Below are positions 1-9,090 of a stretch of DNA of 64,000 nt, piece by piece. The notes below the pieces were generated by a model. It saw nothing but the letters and a program-made list of their open reading frames with translations. It did no database searches and was not told where the DNA came from. The position numbers and the translations under genes are program-made. The DNA is from an uncultured Acidobacteriota bacterium (GTDB taxonomy: Bacteria; Acidobacteriota; Thermoanaerobaculia; UBA5066): contig CAVZYA010000002.1 of the NCBI GenBank assembly GCA_963779415.1, forward strand, positions 576,001 through 640,000, given 5' to 3'. How positions within the stretch are numbered: position 1 is the first letter of the stretch; each line of letters starts with the position of its first letter.

Positions 1-345
1 CATCTCGCTCCGGGCGATCTCGAGGAGGAAGGCCCCGACGTCGTGCTTCCTCGCGGCGCGGAAGATCGCGCGCGCCGTGTCGTAGGCCATCATCCGAACG
101 TTGATCGCCGGAACGGTGAACCCCCCCGACTCGCCGCGGCCGATCGCCATGTAGAGGTCGTGGATCGAGGCGGGGACGATCCCGAGGGCCGAGGCGGCCC
201 TGCGGATCGCCCGACGCGCCTCATCGCGCTTCCTGGCATCCGTCTCGAACACCGCCCAGTGAACGAGCGCGTCGACGTGCATGGAGCGGAAGGTCTCCGG
301 ATCGCGCCGGGCGTCCGCGACGATCGAATCTTCGAAGCTGCTCAT
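1..345 (-). CDS. class II fructose-bisphosphate aldolase family protein, N-terminal part (runs off window start)
   Basis: Not in the ORF track; hand-translated from ATG 345 with GGAGG SD: MSSFEDSIVAD...GGFTVPAINVRMMAYDTARAIFRAA...FLLEIARSEM, resembling the F_bP_aldolase N-terminus. Confidence 0.7.
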   Translation of the reverse strand, partial: MSSFEDSIVADARRDPETFRSMHVDALVHWAVFETDARKRDEARRAIRRAASALGIVPASIHDLYMAIGRGESGGFTVPAINVRMMAYDTARAIFRAARKHDVGAFLLEIARSEM

Positions 346-388
346 CGTTTTCCTCCCGGGGGGGCACCGGCGCGATTCTAGCGAGGCT

Positions 389-1282
389 TCACGGGGCCGG
401 CTCCCCTTTCGGAGACCCGGCCGCGCCCGCGGCGAACGGGATCACGGCGGACATGTCCTTCCCGCCGAAGCCGGCCGCCGCCGCCCGGGCGAAGACGTCG
501 TGCGTGGCCGCGACGATCGGCAGGGCGCTCTCGCCGCCGCCGCTCTCGACGGCCAGCCGGAGGTCCTTCTGCATCAGGGCCAGGCGAAAGGCGACGGCCT
601 CGGGGTTCTTTCTCAGGAACTCCCATTTCACCTTCACGTAGGGGGCGAGGGCCGGAACCGAGAGAAGCCACTGGGTCGCCTGATCCTCGGGAAGGCCGAG
701 CCTCTTCGCGAGGCCGAGCGCTTCGCCGAACGCGGCGAGACCGACCCCGAAGAGGAGATTGTTCACGAGCTTCATGGCGGAGCCCTGCCCGACGTCGCCA
801 AAGCGGAGAACCTTCTGCGAGACGGCGGCGAGGACCGGCTCGGCCTTCTTCAGCGTCTCAGGGGCGCCGCCGGCCAGGATCGTCAGTGTCCCTTCCGCCG
901 CGGCCAGGACGCTCCCGGCCACCGGGACGTCGCAGAAGCCGGCCCCCCTCGTCTGGGCCATCGCGGCGAAGCGCCGTGAGGCATAGGGGGTGACGGTCGA
1001 AAAATCGAGCCAGACGGCCCCCGGCCCGAGGCCGGCCACGAGGCCGAAAGGACCCGTCGCCGCCTCTTCCACGGCGGCGGGATCGGAGAGCATCGTGCAG
1101 ACGACGTCGGCCCCGGCCGCCGCCTCGCGTGGGGTCGGAGCCGGGACCCCCCCCTCTGCCCCGAGCGGGACGGCCTTCGCCGGCGTGCGGTTCCAGACGC
1201 GGAGCGGGATCCCCTTCCGGAGGAGGTTCTGCGCCATCGGGAGCCCCATGGCGCCGAGGCCGAGAAATGCAGCGGTGATCAT
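389..1282 (-). CDS. NAD(P)-dependent oxidoreductase, 3-hydroxyisobutyrate dehydrogenase family
   Basis: FLGLGAMGLPMA Rossmann motif, WNRT, DVPVAGS, GQGSAMKLVNN. Confidence 0.9.
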   Translation of the reverse strand: MITAAFLGLGAMGLPMAQNLLRKGIPLRVWNRTPAKAVPLGAEGGVPAPTPREAAAGADVVCTMLSDPAAVEEAATGPFGLVAGLGPGAVWLDFSTVTPYASRRFAAMAQTRGAGFCDVPVAGSVLAAAEGTLTILAGGAPETLKKAEPVLAAVSQKVLRFGDVGQGSAMKLVNNLLFGVGLAAFGEALGLAKRLGLPEDQATQWLLSVPALAPYVKVKWEFLRKNPEAVAFRLALMQKDLRLAVESGGGESALPIVAATHDVFARAAAAGFGGKDMSAVIPFAAGAAGSPKGEPAP

Positions 1283-1285
1283 GCC

Positions 1286-1301
1286 GGGATCTTAAGATCC
1301 C
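1286..1301. promoter_or_regulatory. perfect 16-bp palindrome GGGATCTTAAGATCCC giving a TAAGAT -10 box on both strands (bidirectional promoter candidate)
   Basis: Occupies most of the 23-nt gap between divergent starts 1282(-) and 1306(+); the -10 boxes lie 6 and 7 nt from the starts. Confidence 0.6.
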
Positions 1302-1305
1302 TTCC

Positions 1306-2733
1306 GTGACGCGGCGCGATCCGGCCCCGGAGGAGATCTCGGCGCTCGAGTCGATCGTAGGAGAGAGGCACGTCGCGAGGACGGCCGGGGATCGGGAGGC
1401 GTACGCGAAGGACTGGACGCGCGACCTCGTCGCGCTTCCCGGCGCCGTCGTGAAGCCCCGGACGACGGAGGAGGTCTCGCGCGTCCTCGCCTTCTGCAAC
1501 ACGCGGCGGATCCCGGTGACGCCGCAAGGGGGGCGGACGGGAATGTCGGGCGGCGCCCTCGCGGTCCACGGCGGGATCGCACTCTCCCTCGAGCGGATGA
1601 ACGCCATCCGCGAGATCGACACCGCGAACTTCGTCGCCGTCACCGAGGCCGGGGTCGTGACGCAGACCCTCCAGGAGGCGGTCGACGAGAAGGGGCTCTT
1701 CTATCCCCCCGACCCCTCTTCGCGCGGGTCGTGCCTCATCGGCGGGAACGTCGCGGAGAACGCGGGGGGGCCGCACGCGGCGAAATACGGCGTCACCGGA
1801 AGATGGGTGCTCGGACTCGAGGCGGTCTTCGCCGACGGGCGCGTGACGGCCACCGGCGGCAAGACGCGGAAGGACGTGGCCGGGTACGACCTGACGTCGC
1901 TTCTCGTCGGGAGCGAGGGGACGCTCGCGGTCGTGACGGCGGCGTGGCTCCGGCTCCTCGCCAGGCCCGCGTCGTGGGCGACGCTCCTCGCCCCGTTCCC
2001 GTCGCTTACGGCCGCGGCCGCCGCTGTCGTCGAGATCCATCGCCGCGGCCTCGTTCCCTCGGCGTGCGAAGTGGTCGACCGCCCCTCGGTCGAGATCTCC
2101 TCGCGGAAGAAGGGGGTCGGCGTGCCGTTCCCGGAGGCCGAGGCGCGGATCCTCCTCGACTTCGACGGCGGCTCGGACGAAGAGGTGGAGCGGGACGTGA
2201 CGCGCTGCGGGGAGATCCTCCTCGGGTGCGGCGCCCTCGACGTCGCCCTCGCGACGGACGAGGCGAAGCGGCGCACTCTCTGGGATGTCCGCCGCGGCAT
2301 CGCCGAAGCGATCCACGATCTCGGCGTCTCCGTCGAGCTGGACCTCGCCGTCCCGAGGAGCGAGATGGTTCCCCTGATTGAGGGGGTGCGGCGGATCGCG
2401 TCGGCGGCCGACCTCCATCCCTTCTGCTACGGCCATGCGGCGGACGGAAACCTCCACGTCCGGCTCCTTTGCGAAGGAGGCGAGGGCTGCCTCTCCAGGC
2501 TTTTCGACGAGTCGGTGGGCGCGATCTATGCCGAGGCCGTCCGGCTGGGCGGGACGATCACGGGCGAGCACGGCGTCGGCCTCATCCTCCGCGACCTCCT
2601 CCCGATGCGCCGGGACGAGGCGTTCGTCTCCGCGATGCGCGCGGTCAAGACGGCCCTCGACCCGAACGGGATCCTGAATCCGGGAAAGCTCGTCCCGGAG
2701 ACGCGGGATCTACGACGGAAAGAGGAGGCCTGA
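1306..2733 (+). CDS. FAD-linked oxidase, GlcD/D-2-hydroxyacid dehydrogenase family
   Basis: PQGGRTGMSGGA, YPPDPSS, IGGNVAENAGG, GHAADGNLH, TGEHGVG, DPNGILNPGK. Confidence 0.9.
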   Translation: MTRRDPAPEEISALESIVGERHVARTAGDREAYAKDWTRDLVALPGAVVKPRTTEEVSRVLAFCNTRRIPVTPQGGRTGMSGGALAVHGGIALSLERMNAIREIDTANFVAVTEAGVVTQTLQEAVDEKGLFYPPDPSSRGSCLIGGNVAENAGGPHAAKYGVTGRWVLGLEAVFADGRVTATGGKTRKDVAGYDLTSLLVGSEGTLAVVTAAWLRLLARPASWATLLAPFPSLTAAAAAVVEIHRRGLVPSACEVVDRPSVEISSRKKGVGVPFPEAEARILLDFDGGSDEEVERDVTRCGEILLGCGALDVALATDEAKRRTLWDVRRGIAEAIHDLGVSVELDLAVPRSEMVPLIEGVRRIASAADLHPFCYGHAADGNLHVRLLCEGGEGCLSRLFDESVGAIYAEAVRLGGTITGEHGVGLILRDLLPMRRDEAFVSAMRAVKTALDPNGILNPGKLVPETRDLRRKEEA

Positions 2734-2771
2734 CCCTCCCGGAGACGGTCGCCGGACTTCGTCGAGGATGT

Positions 2772-3362
2772 TCACCGGCCCTTGGCGATCGCCTTGGCGA
2801 CCTCCTCGAGGCCGTTCTCGACGGCGTCCTTGATCGTGGAGCCGCGCGACTTGTGGCGCACGAAGCCGAGGACGTCGCCCTTCGGGTCCTTGAGCACGAC
2901 CTCGATTCCACAGCCGGGGTTGGCCATCCAGCCCCCCCAGAAGCGCGCGCCGCCCGACGGCTCCCAGGCGTTGAAGACGTTCCCCTCGACCGTCATGTCG
3001 CCGTCCGAATCGACGACCTCGAAGCCCTGTTTCGTCAGCCATTTCTTGAGGAAGTCGGGTGCGTACTCGGCCGCGTGCCTGGCATCGACCGCGTGCGTCT
3101 CCACGGCGTCGGACTGGAAGGGCTTCAGAACGACCTTTTTCTTCTCCTTCAGGCTGCCATTCGGAAAGAAAACCCAGTCGGCGTCCTTTCCCTCCACGAG
3201 CTTGCCGTAGTCCGGCAGGAACTTCTGCGGCTCGTCGGCCTCCTTGGCGGCGTCGGATTGAAGAAAGGTCTTGCCTCCCTTTGCGAGGGCCGGCCCGGAG
3301 ACGGTGAGGCCCAGGAGAGCGGCGGCAACCACGGCACCGGACAGAACTGTTCTTTTCGTCAT
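2772..3362 (-). CDS. exported hypothetical protein (DUF4410-like)
   Basis: Start re-called to MTKRTVLSGAVVAAALLGL (signal peptide); EPSGGARFWGG motif. Confidence 0.6.
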   Translation of the reverse strand: MTKRTVLSGAVVAAALLGLTVSGPALAKGGKTFLQSDAAKEADEPQKFLPDYGKLVEGKDADWVFFPNGSLKEKKKVVLKPFQSDAVETHAVDARHAAEYAPDFLKKWLTKQGFEVVDSDGDMTVEGNVFNAWEPSGGARFWGGWMANPGCGIEVVLKDPKGDVLGFVRHKSRGSTIKDAVENGLEEVAKAIAKGR

Positions 3363-3400
3363 CTTTTTCCCCCCGCCATCCAGAATACCCCGGCCGGCCG

Positions 3401-4747
3401 TCAGGGCGCGAGCGCGGGCGTGGAGAAGAGATCGAGGTGCTCGGCCTTCCAGCGCATCGCCGCGTAGATCCGGCTCCGGCCGCTCGGATGGTCGAAGAAG
3501 ACGAACTCCTCGAGGGGCCCCGGGCTCATCTTCCGGTACTCGCCGAGGTGGATCGCCGCCTGCGCAAAGCCGTCCGGCTGCGAAGAGGCGTTCAGGCCGT
3601 ACAGGTCGGCCTCGTATTCCATCGTCCGGATGATCGTGTTCGTGACCGGCGTCAGGACGAAGAAGATCGTCGAGATCAGGAGAAGAGCGAGGGGGATCAC
3701 GGCCGTGTCTCCGAGGCTTCGCAGCTGCCACCGGTCGCCCCACCGCGCGAGGGACTTCGTGAGAGCCCATCGGAGCAGGGCGAAGGAGCCGAGGATCAGC
3801 GCCGCGAAGAAGCCGATCCCCTTGTAGACGTGATTCAGGACGTAGTGCCCCATCTCGTGCCCCATCACCGACTGGATCTCCCCGGGGGAGCCGCGGCGGA
3901 GCAGGTTGTCGTTCAGGGTGATCCGCATCGTGCTCCCGAGGCCACTCACGTTCGCGCTCATCCGGGTCGTCTGCCGCGACGCGTCGATCTGGTAGACGTC
4001 GTGTGCGGGGATGCCGTTGGCCCTCGCCATGCTGAGGATCGGCTGCGTGATCCGCGGGTCTTCGAGACGCGTCACCTTGTTGAAGATCGGGACGAGGAAG
4101 ACGGGCGCGATGAGAGCGCCGAGAATAAGGAAGAAGACCGAGACCGCCGTTCCCCAGAGCCACCACGTCCGCTCGAGGCGCCGCACGACGGCGACGAGCG
4201 CGACCATGGCGAGGCCGCCGAGAAGGATCGAGATGAGAAGGCCCTTGAGCTGGTCACCCATCCACGGGCCGAACGTCTGCGTGGCCATGCCGTACCGGTG
4301 CTCGCGGAAGAAACCCTCGTAGACCGTCAGAGGGAATGCCAGGATGGCCGTCACGACCGAGAAGAGAGCCCAGTAGACGAACGTCTGCACCGGCGAAAAG
4401 CGCGTCACCTTCTCGGAAAGGTCGCGCATCCGGGCCGACCAGCGAAGGTTCAGCAGGAGGAGCAGAACCGCCGCGCCGTAGAGGAAATCCCAGAGGATCA
4501 GCCAGTATCCCCCCTCGAAATAGGCGTCGGAGCGCGTCTTCGCGGCCTCGGGAATCCGGGCGAGATAGGCCTCGGTGGCCGCTTCCGCGCTGAAGTGGGG
4601 CGACGGACGGGCGGCCTCGGGAACCTCGGTCACCGCAGGCATCCCGGAGGGAGGCGCGGTGCCGGGCGCCGGCGGCTCCTCCGCAACGGCGGCAAGAGAA
4701 AACAGGAGAGCCCCGAGGAGGAGTCTCGCGCGGAAAGGTGTGCTCAT
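3401..4747 (-). CDS. M48 family (STE24/HtpX-like) membrane zinc metallopeptidase
   Basis: VMGHEMGH (HExxH), EYEADLYG, FDHPS; multiple TM helices; start re-called to MSTPFRAR. Confidence 0.9.
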   Translation of the reverse strand: MSTPFRARLLLGALLFSLAAVAEEPPAPGTAPPSGMPAVTEVPEAARPSPHFSAEAATEAYLARIPEAAKTRSDAYFEGGYWLILWDFLYGAAVLLLLLNLRWSARMRDLSEKVTRFSPVQTFVYWALFSVVTAILAFPLTVYEGFFREHRYGMATQTFGPWMGDQLKGLLISILLGGLAMVALVAVVRRLERTWWLWGTAVSVFFLILGALIAPVFLVPIFNKVTRLEDPRITQPILSMARANGIPAHDVYQIDASRQTTRMSANVSGLGSTMRITLNDNLLRRGSPGEIQSVMGHEMGHYVLNHVYKGIGFFAALILGSFALLRWALTKSLARWGDRWQLRSLGDTAVIPLALLLISTIFFVLTPVTNTIIRTMEYEADLYGLNASSQPDGFAQAAIHLGEYRKMSPGPLEEFVFFDHPSGRSRIYAAMRWKAEHLDLFSTPALAP

Positions 4748-4852
4748 GAAGACCTCGTCCCGGCGATTTCGTTGGCGGCCGATGTTACCGCCGCGCCGGG
4801 CGAGAGATCCGGGAGGAGCGCGTCGGCGCCGCGGCCCGCTAGACTTCGAGGG

Positions 4853-6316
4853 ATGGAGGAGACCGGGTTCGAGCCGGTGATCGGGCTGGAGGTGCATTGC
4901 CAGCTCAGGACCCGGAGCAAGGCGTTCTGCGCTTGTCCGGTCCTCTTCGGGGCCGAGCCGAACACGGCCGTCTGCCCGGTCTGCCTCGGGTATCCGGGGG
5001 TCCTCCCGGTGATCAACCGGGAAATGGTGACGCTCGCGATGCGTGTCGTCCTCGCGACGGGAGGGACAATTCACGAGCGATCGGTCTTCGCGCGGAAGAA
5101 CTACTTCTACCCGGACCTCCCGAAGGGGTACCAGATCTCGCAGTTCGACCGGCCGCTCGCGACGGGGGGCGGGCTCGTGGTCGGCTCAGGGGCGGCGACG
5201 AGGTTCATCCGCCTCCACCGGATCCACATCGAGGAGGACGCCGGGAAGTCGATGCACGAGTTTCCGTGGGACGACCTCCCCTCGAACGTCTCGCTCGTCG
5301 ACCTGAACCGGGCCGGAACGCCTCTCGTCGAGATCGTGACGGAGCCCGACCTCCGGACGCCCGACGAGGCCGCCGAGTTTCTCGGAACTCTCCGCCGGCT
5401 CGTCCGCTGGGTGGACGCCTCGGACGGGAACATGGAGGAAGGGTCCCTCCGGTGCGACGCGAACGTCTCGGTCCGGCCCGCGGGGAGCGCGGCTCTCGGG
5501 ACGAAGGTGGAGATCAAGAACCTGAACTCGATCGCCCACGTGAAGAAGGCCCTCGAGCACGAGATCGCGCGACAGTCGGCCCTCGTCGCGGGGGGCGGGA
5601 GGGTCGTCCAGGAGACGCGTCTCTTCGACCCGGGGGGAGGAACGACCAGGCCGATGCGGAGCAAGGAAGAGTCGATGGACTATCGCTACTTCCCCGATCC
5701 CGACCTCGGCACGCTCGTCGTCGACGCGGCGTGGCGAGGGGAAGTCTCGCGGTCGCTCCCGGAGCTGCCGGAGGCGCGGGCGGCGCGGCTCGCGTCCTCG
5801 CTCGGCCTCTCCCGTTCCGACGCGGCGCTCGTCACCCTCTCGCGCCCGCTCGCCGACTGGTACGAGGCCGCGGTGGCCGCACATCCGGGGAACGCGAAAG
5901 GGATCGCGAACTGGCTCCTCTCGGACCTCCTCGGACGGATGACGGACGCCGACAAGCAGGCGGGCCGGGTCCCGCTCCGGCCGGAGGCGCTCGCGGGGCT
6001 CGTCCGGCGGATCGACGACGGGACGATCTCCGGGAAGATCGCCAAGGATCTGATCCCGGACCTCGTCGCGAGCGGAAAGGAGCCGGACGAGCTGATCCGT
6101 GAGCGGGGGCTCGTCCAGATCGTCGACGAGGGGCCGATCCTCGAGATCGTCCGCCGGATCGTCGCGGAGAACCCATCGCAGGCGGCTACCTTCCGGAGCG
6201 GCAAGGCCGCCACGTTCGGATGGTTCGTCGGGCAGGTGATGAAGGCGACCGCCGGAAAGGCGAGCCCGGCTGTCGTCAACCGGCTGCTGAAGGAAGAGCT
6301 GGGAAGAGACCGTTGA
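4853..6316 (+). CDS. gatB: Asp-tRNA(Asn)/Glu-tRNA(Gln) amidotransferase subunit B
   Basis: IGLEVHCQL, RKNYFYPDLPKGYQISQ, HIEEDAGK, GNMEEGSLRCDANVS, DYRYFPDPDL. Confidence 0.97.
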   Translation: MEETGFEPVIGLEVHCQLRTRSKAFCACPVLFGAEPNTAVCPVCLGYPGVLPVINREMVTLAMRVVLATGGTIHERSVFARKNYFYPDLPKGYQISQFDRPLATGGGLVVGSGAATRFIRLHRIHIEEDAGKSMHEFPWDDLPSNVSLVDLNRAGTPLVEIVTEPDLRTPDEAAEFLGTLRRLVRWVDASDGNMEEGSLRCDANVSVRPAGSAALGTKVEIKNLNSIAHVKKALEHEIARQSALVAGGGRVVQETRLFDPGGGTTRPMRSKEESMDYRYFPDPDLGTLVVDAAWRGEVSRSLPELPEARAARLASSLGLSRSDAALVTLSRPLADWYEAAVAAHPGNAKGIANWLLSDLLGRMTDADKQAGRVPLRPEALAGLVRRIDDGTISGKIAKDLIPDLVASGKEPDELIRERGLVQIVDEGPILEIVRRIVAENPSQAATFRSGKAATFGWFVGQVMKATAGKASPAVVNRLLKEELGRDR

Positions 6317-6984
6317 TCGAGTTTTACGGCGTCACGAAGGAGTACCACGGGCGGCGCGTCCTTCGGGACGTGTCGTTCCAGGTCCGGAAAGGGGAGTTCG
6401 TCTTCCTGACCGGCCCGTCGGGGGCGGGGAAAACGACGCTCCTCAAGCTGATCTACCGGGCGGAGCGACCTTCCGAAGGGCAGCTCGTCGTGAACGGGAT
6501 GAACGTCTCGGCCATGCGTTCCTCGCGCGTTCCGCTCCTTCGCCGGAGCCTCGGGATCGTCTTCCAGGATTACAAGCTCCTCCCCGGGCGGACGGTCCTC
6601 GACAACGTGGCGTACGTCCTGAAGTTTCTCGGAACCGGCTCTTCCGAGCGGCGCCGCCGCGCGTACCACGTCCTCCGGAGCGTCGAGCTCCACCACCGGA
6701 TGAGCGCCTACCCCGAGGAGCTCTCCGGCGGCGAGCAGCAGCGCGTGGCGCTCGCGCGGGCGCTCGTGAACGAGCCTTCCCTCCTGATCGCCGACGAGCC
6801 GACGGGAAACCTCGACCACCGGCTCGCGCTCGACGTCATCAAGCTCTTTGCCGATGCGAATGTCCGGGGGACGACGGTCCTCGTCGCGACGCACGACCAG
6901 GAGCTGATCCAGAAGGCCGGGCGGCGGTGCCTGACGCTCGAGAAGGGACAGGTCAAAGAAGGGCTCGCGGAGGGGAGCGCGTGA
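6313..6984 (+). CDS. ftsE: cell division ATP-binding protein FtsE
   Basis: GPSGAGKTT, VFQDYKLL, LSGGEQQRV, ADEPTGNLD; TTG start overlapping gatB stop; adjacent ftsX. Confidence 0.9.
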   Translation: MIEFYGVTKEYHGRRVLRDVSFQVRKGEFVFLTGPSGAGKTTLLKLIYRAERPSEGQLVVNGMNVSAMRSSRVPLLRRSLGIVFQDYKLLPGRTVLDNVAYVLKFLGTGSSERRRRAYHVLRSVELHHRMSAYPEELSGGEQQRVALARALVNEPSLLIADEPTGNLDHRLALDVIKLFADANVRGTTVLVATHDQELIQKAGRRCLTLEKGQVKEGLAEGSA

Positions 6985-7883
6985 GGGCGACGACCGGCCT
7001 TTCGACCCTCGTGGACGAGGCCCTGTCGGGACTCGTCCGGGCGCGGCGGATGACCGTCGCCTCGGTCCTCGTCATCGCGGTCTCCCTCTTCCTCGTCGGG
7101 GCGTTCCTCCTCGCGGCCGAGAATCTGCGCGGCCTCGCGGATGCCGTCCGCGGAGAGACGGCCGTGACGGTCTTCCTCCGCCCGCAGACGACGGACGCGG
7201 ACCGGGAGGAGATCGCCCGGATCGCCCGCGACTCGCGGCTCTCGTCCTCCGTCCGGCGCGTGACGCCCGACGAGGCGCGGTCCCGGTTCTCGTCGTGGTT
7301 CCGGTCGCTCGCCCCGGCCGCGGCATCGCTGCCGTCCAATCCGTTTCCGGAGTCGTTCGAGATCGTCCTGGCCGAAGGGGCGGCCGCGTCCTCCGCGCTT
7401 CCCGGATTCCTCGCGAACCTCGCCGCCGCCAGGGGGGCCGAGGAGGTCCAGTTCGACGAGGAATGGGTGCGGCGCCTCCGGGGGGCCGTCGGTGTCGCGC
7501 GCGCGGCGGGGGGGGCGCTCGCAATCGTCCTCGTCCTCGGGGCGGCCTTCACGATCGCGAACGTCGTCCGCCTGACGATCCTCCTCCATCGCGAGGAGAT
7601 CGAGGTGCTGCGCCTCGTCGGAGCTCCCGAGTTCCTGATCCGGGGGCCGTTCGTCGTCGGAGCGCTGATCCAGGGGCTCCTCGGGGGGCTCCTCGCGCTC
7701 GGCCTCCTCGGCCTCGGCTACCGGGCGCTTCTCCTCTGGGGTTCGCGCGGGCCGGAAAACGTCGTGGCGCTCCTCGGCCTCAGGTTCCTTCCCCTGGAAC
7801 AGTCGGGAGTTCTCGTCGGCTTCGGGGTCGTGGCCGGCCTGCTCGGGGGCCTTTTCGCGGTCCGGCGCCGGAACGTCGGGTAG
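6981..7883 (+). CDS. ftsX: cell division permease FtsX
   Basis: NPFPESFEI, IANVVRLTI..REEIEVLRLVGA..IRGPF; GTG start overlapping ftsE stop. Confidence 0.88.
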   Translation: MRATTGLSTLVDEALSGLVRARRMTVASVLVIAVSLFLVGAFLLAAENLRGLADAVRGETAVTVFLRPQTTDADREEIARIARDSRLSSSVRRVTPDEARSRFSSWFRSLAPAAASLPSNPFPESFEIVLAEGAAASSALPGFLANLAAARGAEEVQFDEEWVRRLRGAVGVARAAGGALAIVLVLGAAFTIANVVRLTILLHREEIEVLRLVGAPEFLIRGPFVVGALIQGLLGGLLALGLLGLGYRALLLWGSRGPENVVALLGLRFLPLEQSGVLVGFGVVAGLLGGLFAVRRRNVG

Positions 7884-7886
7884 GCG

Positions 7887-9047
7887 TCAGGCTTTCGGGG
7901 ATGCCGCCGCGGCGGCTTCGCCCGTCTCCTTCGGCTCCGGGTCGGGCGTTCGCTCTCCGAGGAGAGCGGCCCAGGGGGCGAAACGGTCGAAGCGCTCGCC
8001 GACGACCTTCGCGGTGGCCGTGAGAGGGACGGCGAGGATGGCGCCGGGAACGCCCCAGAGAATCCCCCAGAAGAGGAAGGCGAGGAGAACCGCGAGCGGA
8101 TGGAGGCGGACGCGGCTCCCGACGATGAACGGCGTCAGGACGTTTCCCTCGAAGAACTGGACGCACGTATAGAAGACGAGGACCTTGAGGGGAAGCGTCC
8201 CGTCGCTTCCGGCGAGGAACGCCACGCCGAGGGCGGGCACCGTCGAGACGAAGACGCCGACGTACGGGACGAGGACGCAGAGGCCGGCGAGCGGCCCGAG
8301 GACGTACGCGTACGGGACGCGCAGGACGAGGAGTCCCGCCGTCGTGATGCAGGCCGTGATGAGGACGACGAAAAGCTCTCCGAGAACGTAGCCGCCGAGG
8401 ACGCGCGCGACTCCTTCCGCAAAGTCCGACGCGGCCCGCCCCCCCTTGAGCCGGAGGATCCGCGTGACGGCCCCGGCGTAACGCTCGCGGTCCTTCAGCA
8501 TGAAGAAGGAGAGCATCGGGACGGCCGCGGCATAGAGAAGAATCGAGAAGACCGTCCGCACCTGCAGGGCGACCTTCGAGACCGACTCGAGCGCCCCCTG
8601 TTCGAGCTTGACGGAGCGGACCGAGCGGTCGGTCTCGGGCAGAAGGAGGCGTGTCCGCTCCTCCAGCTGCGCAAAGAGCCCCTGCATCCGCGAGGTGAGG
8701 TCGCGGATCTTGGACTGGTAGGCGGGAAGGTTCGCGACGAACGCCTGGATCTGCTCGAGCGCGTTGACGATGAAGAAGACGACGAGCGCGGCGAGGACGA
8801 GGAGGACGAGGAGGACGGCGAGGGCGCGCGGGACCCGGATCCGCTCGAGGAGGGTGACGAAGGGCTGGATCGCGAGGGAGAGGAAGAGCGCGAAGAAGAA
8901 GGTGACGAAGAGGACCTTTCCGGCCCAGAGGAGGCCGACGACGGCGCCCGTCGCGAGGACGGCGAGGGCGCGCGAGCGGAAGACACCCGGGAGGCCGGGG
9001 GTGGGCCCCGAGGAAAACGTCCCGGTCGAGAAGAGGCCGCTGTCCAC
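7887..9047 (-). CDS. AI-2E family transporter
   Basis: Hydrophobic; VPYVG, QFFEGNVLTPFIVG, LHPLAV, WGVPGAILAVP. Confidence 0.9.
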   Translation of the reverse strand: MDSGLFSTGTFSSGPTPGLPGVFRSRALAVLATGAVVGLLWAGKVLFVTFFFALFLSLAIQPFVTLLERIRVPRALAVLLVLLVLAALVVFFIVNALEQIQAFVANLPAYQSKIRDLTSRMQGLFAQLEERTRLLLPETDRSVRSVKLEQGALESVSKVALQVRTVFSILLYAAAVPMLSFFMLKDRERYAGAVTRILRLKGGRAASDFAEGVARVLGGYVLGELFVVLITACITTAGLLVLRVPYAYVLGPLAGLCVLVPYVGVFVSTVPALGVAFLAGSDGTLPLKVLVFYTCVQFFEGNVLTPFIVGSRVRLHPLAVLLAFLFWGILWGVPGAILAVPLTATAKVVGERFDRFAPWAALLGERTPDPEPKETGEAAAAASPKA

Positions 9048-9090
9048 GCCGCGCCGCCAGTGTACCGCCGCGGCGCGGCGCAGCGCGGCG

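Noticed and set aside
3437-4852. Apparent 959-aa GatB with a long N-terminal extension, and many other long overlapping ORFs (for example 8764..10503, 28161..30350, 33528..35918, 56292..58394)
   Set aside because: Antisense or off-frame shadows caused by stop-codon scarcity at high GC; Arg/Gly/Pro-rich with no motifs
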